From Nemertoderma westbladi (Eukaryota; Animalia; Xenacoelomorpha), in the NCBI GenBank assembly GCA_032718475.1, contig JAUCBJ010009151.1, forward strand, positions 62,001 to 126,000: 64,000 bases of DNA. The letters run 5' to 3'. A program made the translations under genes and the position numbers. The first letter of the stretch is position 1. Each line of letters begins with the position of its first letter. The notes beneath the pieces are model-generated. The model ran no database searches and had not been told where the DNA came from. It saw only the letters and a program-made list of their open reading frames with translations. Positions 1-10,603 of this stretch are shown here, one piece after another.

Positions 1-2
1 AC

Positions 3-764
3 CCGGATTCCTCAAAGGTCATTTCTATTATTCGAAAATTCTTTGTTGATACTGGCGTACCCATCTACCTTCGTTCGGACGGGGGGCCACAGTTTGCGTC
101 TTCCAAATTCCGAATATTCTTAAAGCGTTGGGGTGTAAACCACGTTACCAGTACACCTTATTACCCCCAAAGTAACGGACATGCGGAGTCGGCCGTTAAA
201 TCTATTAAAACACTACTCTCAAAGATGCCGAATATTCATATCGATGCAGAAGAATTCCAGGAAGCATTATTGGAACTGAGGAACACACCCCGCAGTGATG
301 GGAAGTCCCCAAACCAACTCATATTCGGAAATAACTTACGATCACGAGTACCTACCCACCACTCTTCATTCTCTCCCCAATGGCAATTGGATGCCGAAGA
401 ATTGGATTCTAAACGAAATATTATTAGGGATAAAGTAGAAACATATTATAACCACGGGTCGAAAAACTTACCACCATTCAAAGTTGGAGACAAAGTCAGA
501 GTACAGAATATGAAGTCCAAACGATGGGACATAGTTGGAGATATTATTGGCGTTGGTGCGCGACGCGATTACATGGTTAAATTACCATCCGGTTGAACCT
601 ATTGGCGAAATCGCAGGTTTATACGGCCATATAAGGAACCGGAAAATTACTCTCAGTCTCGAAGTGAATCTATGGTAGACTCACAATCCCCCGAACCGGA
701 AGTTACACCATTGCGACGCAGTCAACGTAACGCTCCTAAACATGTTACTTTTAATTTGGATTAA
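3..764 (+). pseudogene. pol: Gypsy integrase (rve core plus C-terminal region), partial, with one in-frame stop at 594-596
   Basis: The frame of ORF 225..596 is open upstream to the window edge and continues past TGA as TYWRNRRFIRP to TAA 762-764; the TGA is probably a mutated CGA. Confidence 0.85.
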
Positions 765-818
765 AAAACTAACTCTGATGTTTGAACTTTGAAAAAAAAA
801 AAAAAAAAAAAAAAAAGT

Positions 819-1028
819 TGTTATATCCTTATAGGCCATGCCGGATACTGTCTTGGGTGACGGGTTGGACTATGTATGTACAGCAGTACTGATATATCTA
901 CATAGCTATTGTATCTGTACCAGGCTAGCAATACTAGCACTGGACCCAATGATGACTGATATTATATTATACATTATATATATTATGACCTCATATATTA
1001 TATTACATATATGGTTGGGAACACATCA
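819..1028 (+). repeat. Probable 3' LTR of the Gypsy element (~210 bp)
   Basis: Starts TGTT just after the purine tract and ends AACA (1023) or CATCA (1028) at the satellite. The partner LTR is outside the window, so the end is uncertain by a few bp. Confidence 0.55.
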
Positions 1029-1483
1029 CTCGTGTAGCCACTGTTATACCAACTGGTAATCGCTGCACTTATGAAGCCACTGTTATACTGACCAGTAATC
1101 ACTGCACTCGAGTAGCCACTGTTACACCGACCAGTAATCGCTGCACTCGTGTAGCCACTGTTATACCAACTGGTAATTGGTGCACTCATTTAGCCACTGT
1201 TATACCAACCTGTAATCGATGCACTCGTGTAGCCACTATTATACCGACCGGTATTTGCTACACTCATTTAGCCATTGTTATACCAACCAGTAATCGCTGC
1301 ACTCGTTTAGCCACTGTTATACCGACTGGTAAAAGCTACACTCGTGTTGCCACTGTTACACCAACTGGTAATCGCTGCACTCGTGTAGCCACTGTTATAC
1401 CGACAAATAATTGCTGCACTCATGTAGCCACTGTTATACCAACCGTTAATCGCTGCACTCATGTAGCCACTGTTATACCAACT
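1029..1483. repeat. 39-bp satellite, block 1
   Basis: Tandem ACTCGTGTAGCCACTGTTATACCAACCGGTAATCGCTGC variants, period 39. Confidence 0.97.
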
Positions 1484-1654
1484 TTTTTTTTTTTACGGTT
1501 TTTTATTTTTTAATAACGAAAATAATCCATTAACATTGTAACTACGTAGCCTAATGCAAGAGTAGTATTCGTCACCACCCGTCACCAAGCAACAGTACCG
1601 CACTTTGTACAGTTAGGCCTACTGCAGTACTGTTTGGATCAAGCTGCCCACAGT

Positions 1655-4600
1655 TTACGATTGAACCGGAGTTGCGGTTGCTGTGTCAGCATTTGACAGC
1701 GTGATGGAGGTCTCCGCAATTTCGTGGTGAACCGGACGTCTGCTTGAGGAGCGGGACCCACGAAGGCACATTAGAGAAGATCTCAGAAGAGAGAAACTCA
1801 GTTGCCTCCGCGTCCATGACACACATTCCGGGTAGCTGATTCCACGTTTGTCCGCAATCTTTAGGGACAACCGCTTCACGAACTGCTGTGTTGTCGGCGC
1901 CATCCCTCCAAATGCAGAGAATATGAGGGGTGTAAAAGTCGATAACTCGACTTCACGGATACGCTCCTCATATTTTAGCTGCTTCCGTCGCTCGTGGTAT
2001 TGATGGGCTTCCTCTAACTTCATTGCCGCATTGGTTTCTGCCAGCGGGTTAAATACGGAAACATCGATAAAAGTTTTCTGATAGCGACTACCCCAAAACC
2101 CCGATACCGATACGTCGAGTCTGGCCTGCTGATCTGTTGTTGTAGAACGGTAGTTGAACGTTTCTCCCGTTAGCGTTTGCAATACCGGTTCGACCGCTAC
2201 GTTGTGGGCCACCTCGGAAAGCGCGTTGGCAATGAAATCCCTAATCTCGTTGTGCCGTATTGAAGGATATCCTCCAGTGGGGCACGAAAGGACGTGTGTT
2301 GCAGAAAATCGCACACCGCAGACACAACGAGAGGGGAGAGATTTCGGTTGCCACCCATACCGGAGACACACTGCATCCCGGAACTCTTCTTTCGAGAGGT
2401 GAGTATGATGTAGGGTTACTGGTTTGCAATTCAGCCAGGCTGACGCACCTTTCTCTGTTACAAGCTCGGATAGGTTCTGTTGGTATGCTGGTAGGTTATT
2501 ATAAACACGTTCCCTCTTTTCTTTCAGACCAACAATTGCTTCACACTTAATCTTATGGGCGATTACCTTCTGCGCCTCCAAGATCTCCGGCATATCTTCC
2601 TCGGTTCCAGCGGTGGTAAACGGTTCACATATAAGCCGAGAGTTGGCATATTGGGATTCAAGGTCAGATGGTAACGGAATTCCCAGACCACCGAGCCTGG
2701 TTGGTAAGGAAAACAAGTGACGCTCCTCGGATGTCAGGGAAGGCCGATCGACAAGGCGGCACAGTAAACTATTTACCGTTTTCTCGAGTTTATCCAACTG
2801 GTTCGCTGCCTCCGGTAAAACACGCGCGAGGAAACGCCATCGGCACGACAGCCCGAAACTCAAGCCTGCATACGCGCAATGCGGGTCAACATCCGCTATA
2901 CGGCCTAGTCGTGCGACCTCAGCTGCGAATTCCACCACCTTTTTCTCGATAAACTCCTCTCTAAAGGAGTCCGTTCCGATCACACTGCCGAGAAATTCTG
3001 CTCCTGTGTCGTCGATTACGATTTGGGTTCCTGCAAAGACTGCTCTTGCCTCTTCTACCTTCTTAGGTTTAACAATGAGGGTACATTTAGTTGGGTTTGG
3101 ATGGTACCCATATAACGGTCCTCTGCTGGATACTATGTCCCAGAACTTTCTGAGTTCCTCAAAGGTTCCGGCAGCGTTCCCATCATCAGCAAACCATTTC
3201 TGGGTGGCGGTGCAGGCTCCTCCTAACTCCTCTATTAATGGCGTTAAACCAGTAGCAAACATTGGCATTGCTACTGGGTCGCCCTGGGTTGATCCTTCTT
3301 GTGAGAGAATAGTCTCACCCCCAACAAAGAGGCGGGAAGGTCTAGAATAGCAATTAATTACCATCGTTTCTAAGGATGGACACACTTTCCCGATATTATG
3401 AATCGCGGCCTCTCTGTTCAGTGCATTAAAGGCATTCGATGCATCTATCTGTAGGACTGCATCACACTCTTCTGAGGCAAAAGCATCACTTATACTGTGT
3501 ATAGCGTGCTCTATGCCAGATTTCTGACCCATACAGAGCTGCGTAGTACCCCCAATAGCCTGTAGATCATCCCCAATACATCGCATTACCGCCTTGCCGA
3601 TTATCCGTCGTAGTACCTCCCCAATACCGATAGGACGCACCCCTGGACACTTATCGAGGGCCAATAAACGTGCCGATAGGAGAGAGGATAGACCCCCTGG
3701 CGGTAGCACCCCTTGCGCCATTTGCTTAGCGAGATTTGCTATTTCATAGCAAAGATCTGTAGAATGAGTGCGGAACTTGGTTGCTATATGTTTCCACCCT
3801 TGTACGTCAAGCCCAGAGGGACCTGCGGCCTTCCCCCTCATAGCTAGGATGGTAGACACAATGACGCCACTGTCAATCTTTTCAAATACCACGCTATGGT
3901 ATGGCGGGGCTCGTCTGTATTCCTTAAGCAGGACCGAGGAATCGGCCGATGCTGCGACGGGGTGTTTCTCCACCAGTGCTTCGCGAACTGTCTTGGTGGC
4001 ACCATCCTTATCCTTGAAAGTATAGTTAAGGTCTAGAGGTGCCCCTCTGCTAAGCTCACCAAGGCATCTTGTTGCTGCAGTCACATTTCCGGTTAGCATA
4101 TGTTTCGTAAACTGTTTCTGTAATGCTGAATCCTTGGAGTCACGGTTCCGACGCCTGGGCAGATGCGCCTGTATTGCCTGAGCCTCCGCCACTAAGCATG
4201 AAAAATTCCCATGTTTCCATTCGATCAACCTCCGTTCAAGAATTTTTCTATGAGTCGCGGTGGTGGATGATCTACTCGGTTTCTGTAAAAGCAGTGCCGG
4301 CATAATCATTAATGCCGACAAAGCGCAATTCTGTAGTGGAGATCCCCCAGTGTACAACCTAAGGAGACAGGACATTTCAGATACAAAGTCCCTTCCAACC
4401 GCCCCCAATGGCACTAGAAACAGATTCGCTCTCCAATGTACTACCGTGTCATATGCCACCGCGATGGAGCTCTCAAGCTGATGGGTGACTAAATGGTCCC
4501 AACGTCTTGCTATTCGCGTAGTGGCGACGTGGACGTTCGTAGACTGAGTAGCGGCAACGTGGGCGTTCGCAGACTGATTGGTGGCGACCTGGGCGTACGT

Positions 4601-5308
4601 AGACTGATTGGTGGTGACCTGGGCGTCCATAGACTGATTGGTGGCGACCTGGGCGTCAGTAGACTGAGTGGCGGCGACCTGGGCGTCCGTAGACTGATTG
4701 GTGGCGACCTGGGCGTCAGTAGACTGAGTGGCGGCGACCTGGGCGTCCGTAGACTGATTGGTGGTGACCTGGGCGTCCATAGACTGATTGGTGGCGACCT
4801 GGGCGTCAGTAGACTGATTGGTGGCGACCTGGGCGTCAGTAGACTGAGTGGCGGCGACCTGGGCGTCCGTAGACTGATTGGTGGTGACCTGGGCGTCCAT
4901 AGACTGAGTGGCGGCGACCTGGGCGTCCATAGACTGAGTGGCGGCGACCTGGGCGTCCGTAGACTGAGTGGCGGCGACCAGGGCGTCCGTAGACTGAGTT
5001 GAGGCGATGTGGGCGCCCGTAGACTGAGTGGCGGCGACGTGGGCGTCCATAGACTGAGTGGCGGCGACGTGGGCGTCCGTAGACTGATTGGTGGCGACCT
5101 GGGCGTCCGTAGACTGAGTGGCGGCGAGACTAGTATGATCCTGAGTTTTAAGAGGAGAGTGTTCCAATAAATAGTCCATGACCCCGTAGCCGTCCGACCT
5201 ATTGTAGAGCCTTGCTGGCGATGTGGCAGAGTCTGGACAGATGTTGGCACTAATTTTGGGCGTTGCCGGTGACGTCAAAGTTCCACCTGCTGTTAACGTC
5301 GTAGATAA
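1655..5308 (-). CDS. RT-RLE polyprotein, uninterrupted, open up to the 5' junction
   Basis: GVRPIGIGEVLRRIIGK, QIDASNAFN, GSTQGDP, WFADDG (RT); CVCG..HVLSC zinc knuckle; RHNEIRD, RLDV..FIDV..KQLKY (RLE). The annotated start is a TTG and the frame stays open (LSTTLTAGGT) to the satellite junction. Confidence 0.9.
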   Translation of the reverse strand, partial: LSTTLTAGGTLTSPATPKISANICPDSATSPARLYNRSDGYGVMDYLLEHSPLKTQDHTSLAATQSTDAQVATNQSTDAHVAATQSMDAHVAATQSTGAHIASTQSTDALVAATQSTDAQVAATQSMDAQVAATQSMDAQVTTNQSTDAQVAATQSTDAQVATNQSTDAQVATNQSMDAQVTTNQSTDAQVAATQSTDAQVATNQSTDAQVAATQSTDAQVATNQSMDAQVTTNQSTYAQVATNQSANAHVAATQSTNVHVATTRIARRWDHLVTHQLESSIAVAYDTVVHWRANLFLVPLGAVGRDFVSEMSCLLRLYTGGSPLQNCALSALMIMPALLLQKPSRSSTTATHRKILERRLIEWKHGNFSCLVAEAQAIQAHLPRRRNRDSKDSALQKQFTKHMLTGNVTAATRCLGELSRGAPLDLNYTFKDKDGATKTVREALVEKHPVAASADSSVLLKEYRRAPPYHSVVFEKIDSGVIVSTILAMRGKAAGPSGLDVQGWKHIATKFRTHSTDLCYEIANLAKQMAQGVLPPGGLSSLLSARLLALDKCPGVRPIGIGEVLRRIIGKAVMRCIGDDLQAIGGTTQLCMGQKSGIEHAIHSISDAFASEECDAVLQIDASNAFNALNREAAIHNIGKVCPSLETMVINCYSRPSRLFVGGETILSQEGSTQGDPVAMPMFATGLTPLIEELGGACTATQKWFADDGNAAGTFEELRKFWDIVSSRGPLYGYHPNPTKCTLIVKPKKVEEARAVFAGTQIVIDDTGAEFLGSVIGTDSFREEFIEKKVVEFAAEVARLGRIADVDPHCAYAGLSFGLSCRWRFLARVLPEAANQLDKLEKTVNSLLCRLVDRPSLTSEERHLFSLPTRLGGLGIPLPSDLESQYANSRLICEPFTTAGTEEDMPEILEAQKVIAHKIKCEAIVGLKEKRERVYNNLPAYQQNLSELVTEKGASAWLNCKPVTLHHTHLSKEEFRDAVCLRYGWQPKSLPSRCVCGVRFSATHVLSCPTGGYPSIRHNEIRDFIANALSEVAHNVAVEPVLQTLTGETFNYRSTTTDQQARLDVSVSGFWGSRYQKTFIDVSVFNPLAETNAAMKLEEAHQYHERRKQLKYEERIREVELSTFTPLIFSAFGGMAPTTQQFVKRLSLKIADKRGISYPECVSWTRRQLSFSLLRSSLMCLRGSRSSSRRPVHHEIAETSITLSNADTATATPVQS
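4521..5127 (-). repeat. 30-bp in-frame tandem repeat (~20 copies) encoding (ATQSTDAQVA)-like decapeptides
   Basis: GGGCGTCCGTAGACTGATTGGTGGCGACCT units aligned at period 30. Confidence 0.95.
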
Positions 5309-5309
5309 A

Positions 5310-8300
5310 ATACCAACTGGTAATCACTGCACTCGTGTAGCCACTGTTACACCAACTGGTAATTGCTGCACTCATGTTGCCACTGTTATACCAACCGGTA
5401 ATCGCTGCACTTGTGTTGCCACTGTTACACCAACTGGTAATCGGTGCACTCGTTTAGCCACTGTTATACCAACCAGTAATCGCTGCACTCATGTAGCCAG
5501 TATTATACGACCGGTAAATGCTACACTCGTTTAGCCACTGTTATACCAACCGGAAATCGCTGCACTCGTGTAGCCACTGTTATACCAACCAGTAATCGCT
5601 GCACTCGTGTAGCCACTGTTATACCGACCGGTAATCGCTGCGCTTATGTAGCCACTGTTATACTGACCAGTAATCACTGCACTCGTGTAGCCACTGTTAC
5701 ACTGGCCAGTAATCGCTGCACTCGTGTAGCCACTGTTATACCAACTGGTAATCGGTGCACTCGTTTAGCCACTGTTATACCAACCGGTAATCGCTGCACT
5801 CATGTAGCCACTGTTATACCAACTGGTAATCACTGCACTCGTGTAGCCACTGTTACACCAACTGGTAATTGCTGCACTCATGCAGCCACTGTCATACCGA
5901 CTGGTAATCGCTGCACTCGTGTAGCCACAGTTATACCAACCAGTAATCGCTGCACTTGTGTAGCCACTGTTATACCAACCGGTAAATGCTACACTCGTTT
6001 AGCCACTGTTATACCGACCGGATATCTGCACTCGTGTAGCCACTGTTATACCGACCGGTAATCGCTGCACTCATGTAGCCACTGTTATACCTACCAGTAA
6101 TCGCTGCACTTGTGTAGCCACTGTTATACCAACCGGTAATTGCTGCACTCGTGTAGCCACTGTTATACCAAAGCGGTAATCGCTGCACTAGTGTAGCCAC
6201 TGTTATACTGACCAGTAATCGCTGCACACGTTTAGCCACTGTTAAACCAACCGGTAATCGCTGCACTCGTGTAGCCACTGTTATACCGACCAGTAATCAC
6301 TGTACTCGTGTAGCCACTGTTATACCAACCAGTAATTGCTGCACTCATGTAGCCACTGTTATACCAAACGGAAATCGCTGCACTCATGTAGCCACTGTTA
6401 TACCAACCGGTAATCACTGCACTCGTGTTGCCACTGTTACACCAACTGGTAATTGCTGCACTAATTTAGCCACTGTTATACCGACCGTAAATCGCTGCAC
6501 TCGTGTAGCCACTGTTATACCAACTGGTAATCGGTGCACTCATTTAGCCACTGTTATACCAACCGGTAATCGCTGCACTCGTGTAGCCACTGTTACACCA
6601 ACTGGTAATTGCTGCACTCGTGCAGCCACTGTCATACCGACTGGTAATCGCTGCACCCGTGTAGCCACAGTTATACCAACCAGTAATCGATGCACTTGTG
6701 TAGCCACTGTTATACCAACCGGTAAATGCTACACTCGTTTAGCCACTGTTATACTGACCGGATATCTGCACTCGTGTAGCCACTGTTATACCGACCGGTA
6801 ATTGCTGCACTCGTGTAGCCACTGTTATACCTACCAGTAATCGCTGCACTTGTGTAGCCACTGTTATACTGACCAGTAATCACTGCACTCGTGTAGCCAT
6901 TGTTATACCAACCGGTAATTGCTGCACTCGTGAAGCCACTGTTATACCGACTGGTAAATGCTACACTCGTTTAGCCACTGTTACACCAACTGGTAATCGC
7001 TGCACTCGTGTAGCCACTGTTATAAAGACCAGTAATCACTGCACTCGTGTAGCCACTGTTACAACAACTGGTAATTGCTGCACTCGTGTAGCCACTGTTA
7101 TTCCAACCGGTAATCACTGCACTCGTGTAGCCACTGTTACACCGACCGGTATTTGCTACACTCGTTTAGCCATTGTTTTACCAACCAATAATCGCTGCAC
7201 TCGTGTAGCCACTGTTATACCCACTGGTAAAAGCTGCACTCGTGTTGCTACTGTTACACCAACTGGTAATCGCTGCACTTGTGTAGCCACTGTTATACCG
7301 ACAAATAATTGCTGCACTCGTGTAGCCACTGTTATACCAACCATTAATCGCTGCACTCATGTAGCAACTGTTATACCAACTGGTAATCACTGCACTCGTG
7401 TAGCCACTGTTACACCAACTGGTAATTGCTGCACTCGTGCAGCCACTGTCATACGGACTGGTAATCGCTGCACTCGTGTAGTCACAGTTATACCAACCAG
7501 TAATCGCTGACTTGTGTTGCCACTGTTATACCAACCGGTAATCACTGCACTCATGTAGCCACTGTTACACCAACTGGTAATCGCTGCACTCATGTAGCCA
7601 CTGTTATACCGACTAGTAATCGCTACACTCGTGTAGCCGCTGTTACACCAACTGGTAATCGCTGCACTCGTTTAGCCACTGTTATACCGACTGGTAATCG
7701 CTGCACTCGTGTTGCCACTGTTACACCAACTGGTAATCGCTGCACTCGTGTTGCCGCTGTTATACCGACCAGTAATTGCTGCACTCATGTCGCCACTGTT
7801 ATACCAACCGGTAATCGCTGCACTCGTGTATCCACTGTTATACCAAACCGGTAATCGCTACACTAGTGTAGCCACTGTTATACTGACCAGTAATCGCTGC
7901 ACTCGTTTAGCCACTGTTAAACCAACCGGTAATCACTGCACTCGTGTAGCCACTGTTATACCTACCAGTAATCACTGTACTCGTATAGCCACTGTTATAC
8001 CAACCGGTAATTGCTGCACTCATGTAGCCACTGTTATACCGAACGGAAATCACTGCACTCATGTAGCCACTGTTATACCAACCGGTAATCACTGCACTCG
8101 TGTTGCCACTGTTACACCAACTGGTAATTGCTGCACTCATTTAGCCACTGTTATACCGACCGTAAATCGCTGCACTCGTGTAGCCACTGTTATACCAACT
8201 GGTAAGCAGTGCACTCGTTTAGCCACTGTTACACCAACCGGTAATCGCTGCACTCGTGTAGCCACTGTTTTACCGACAGGTAAATGCTACATTCGTTTAG

Positions 8301-10210
8301 CCAATGTTATACCGACCGGATATCTGCACTCGTGCAGCCACTGTTATACCGACCGGTAATCGCTGCACTCGTGTAGCCACTGTTATACCGACCAGTAATC
8401 GCTGCACTTGTGTAGCCACTGTTATAATGACCAGTAATCACTGCACTCGTGTAGCCATTGTTATACCAACCGGTAATCGCTGCACTTGTGAAGCCACTGT
8501 TATACCGACTGGTAAATGCTACATTCGTTTAGCCACTGTTACACCAACTGGTAATCGCTGCACTCGTGTAGCCACTGTTATACCGACCAGTAATCACTGC
8601 ACTCGTGTAGCCACTGTTACACCAACTGGTAATTGCTGCACTCGTGTAGCCACTGTTATACCAACAGGTAATCACTTCACTCGTGTAGCCACTGTTACAC
8701 CGACCAGTAATCGCTGCACTCGTGTAGCCACTGTTATACCAACTGGTAATCGGTGCACTCGTTTAGCCACTGTTATACCAACTGGTAATCGCTGCACTCG
8801 TGTAGCCACTTTTATACTGACTGGTAATTGCTACACTCGTTTAGCCACTGTTATACCAACCAGTAATCGCTGCACTCGTGTAGCCACTGTTATACCGACT
8901 GGTAATTGCTACACTCATGTAGCCACTGTTATACTGACCAGTAATCGCTGCACTCGTGTAGCCACTGTTATACCAACCAGTAATCGCTGCACTCGTGTTG
9001 CCACTGTTACACCAACTGGTAATCGCTGCACTTGTGTAGCCATTGTTATACCAACCAGTAATCGCTGCACTCGTGTAGCCACTGTTATACCAACCAGTAA
9101 TCGCTGCACTCGTGTAGCCACTGTTATACCGACCGGTAATCGCTGCGCTTATGTAGCCACTGTTATACTGACCAGTAATCACTGCACTCCTGTAGCCACT
9201 GTTACACCGACCAGTAATCGCTGCACTCGTGTAGCCACTGTTATACCAACTGGTAATCGGTGCACTCATTTAGCCACTGTTAGACCAACCGGTAATCGCT
9301 GCACTCGTGTAACCACTGTTATACCGACCGGTATTTGCTACACTCATTTAGCAACTGTTATACCAACTGGTAATCGCTGCACTCGTGTAGCCACTGTTAT
9401 ACTGACTGGTAATCGCTACACTCGTGTTGCCACTGTTACACCAACTGGTAATCGCTGCACTCGTGTAGCCACTGTTATACCGACCAGTAATCGCTGCACT
9501 CGTGTAGCCACTGTTATACCAACTGGTAATTGCTACACTCGTTTAGCCACCCTTATACCGACCAGAAATTACTGCACTCGTGTAGCCACTGTTATACCAA
9601 CCGGTAATCGCTGCACTCATGTAGCGACTGTTATACCGACCGGTAAATGCTACACTCGTTTAGCCACTGTTATACCTACCAGTAATTGCTGCACTCGTGT
9701 AGCCACTGTTACACCAACTGGTAATCGCTGCACTTGTGTTGCCACTGTTACACCAACTGGTAATCGGTGCACTCGTTTAGCCACTGTTATACCAACCGGT
9801 AATCGCTGCACTCATGTAGCCACTATTATACGACCGGTAAATGCTACACTCGTTTAGCCACTGTTATACCGACCAGAAATCGCTGCACTCGTGTAGCCAC
9901 TGTTATACCAACCAGTAATCGCTGCACTCGTGTAGCCACTGTTATACTGACCGGTAATTGCTGCCTTATTTAGCCAATGTTATACTGACCAGTAATCACT
10001 GCATTCGTGTAGCCACTGTTACACCGACCAGTAATCGCTGCACTCGTGTAGCCACTGTTATACCAACTGGTAATCGGTGCACTCATTTAGCCACTGTTAT
10101 ACCAACCGGTAATCGCTGCACTCGTGTAGACACTGTTATACCGACCAGTATTTGCTACACTCGTTTAGCCACTGTTATACCAACCAGTATCGCTGCACTC
10201 GTGTAGCCAC
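5310..10210. repeat. 39-bp satellite, block 2
   Basis: Continuous 39-bp array with occasional 38/40-bp variant monomers. Confidence 0.97.
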
Positions 10211-10342
10211 TGATGAATTATTTCACTATAGGATAGCATTAGTAGTATAACGTAAAAACTTTCGAAAATCCGACGCATTTTGATTAAGTCACAGTAATGT
10301 AATATGCCTACTCATATCAGTACACATAAAACCCCTAGTTAA

Positions 10343-10429
10343 TCTCGTGGCGTAGTGGTCAGATGGTTAAGGCATTGGTTGCATTACATAGGTTACGAGT
10401 TCGAATCCCAGTCGGGAAATTTGCATTTT
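10343..10429 (+). ncRNA. tRNA-like Pol III module (A box, B box) inside the BEL-1 LTR; second copy at ~30051-30137
   Basis: TGGCGTAGTGG and TGGTCAGATGGTTAAGG (D-arm/A-box-like), GAGTTCGAATCCC (T-arm/B box), flanking TCTCG/CGGGA pairing, T4 run downstream. No clean anticodon arm, so not called a functional tRNA. Confidence 0.65.
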
Positions 10430-10464
10430 GGGGCAATTTATTTTCATTTCATACAATTTGACAA

Positions 10465-10603
10465 ACCAATGAGGTGCGTACAACACATGGAACGATGAGT
10501 TAGGCCAATCATAGGGCATGGAATATCTTATTGCTCCAATGTGAGGCCATGGAATACTCTAGAAAGTTCTAGTAGATTCTATGTCCCAGATTTAGTATAT
10601 AAA
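10465..10603 (+). promoter_or_regulatory. LTR Pol II promoter: three CCAAT boxes, heat-shock-element-like array (10552-10579), TATA box (10596-10603)
   Basis: CCAAT..CATGGAA three times; GAA-ta-CTC-ta-GAA-ag-TTC-ta-GTA-ga-TTC; TATATAAA. Same motifs in the 3' LTR (30260-30311). Confidence 0.6.

Larger units (their letters stand above)
1..1028 (+). mobile_element. 3' end of a Ty3/Gypsy LTR retrotransposon (integrase C-terminus, A-rich purine tract, probable 3' LTR), cut by window start
   Basis: Integrase core motifs RSDGGPQF, TSTPYYPQSNGHAESAVK and ALLELRNTP..GKSPNQLIFG; purine run 791-817; TG-initiated AT-rich segment ending in CA at the satellite junction. Confidence 0.85.
1484..5309 (-). 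mobile_element. CRE-like non-LTR retrotransposon (RT plus restriction-like endonuclease), 5'-truncated, with poly(A) tail and 9-bp TSD ATACCAACT
   Basis: Poly-T 1483-1494 on plus; ATACCAACT at 1475-1483 and 5310-5318; single long ORF with RT and RLE motifs. Confidence 0.9.

Noticed and set aside
791-817. Poly(A) run as the tail of a separate non-LTR insertion
   Set aside because: Lies between the integrase stop and a TG-initiated LTR-like segment, where the polypurine tract is expected; no TSD seen.
8304-9857. 517-aa ORF of (TRVATVIPTGNRC)n and many similar satellite ORFs, superficially like Thr/Cys 12-13-aa antifreeze repeats
   Set aside because: 39 bp equals 13 codons and CpG decay creates no stops in that frame; 38/40-bp monomers break frames at random; no signal peptide or unique flanks.
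5310-10210. CRISPR-like regular repeats
   Set aside because: Head-to-tail monomers with no unique spacers, no cas genes, eukaryotic retroelement context.
10343-10429. Functional tRNA gene or self-encoded tRNA primer
   Set aside because: No clear anticodon arm, and its 3' end is not complementary to the sequence after the LTR.
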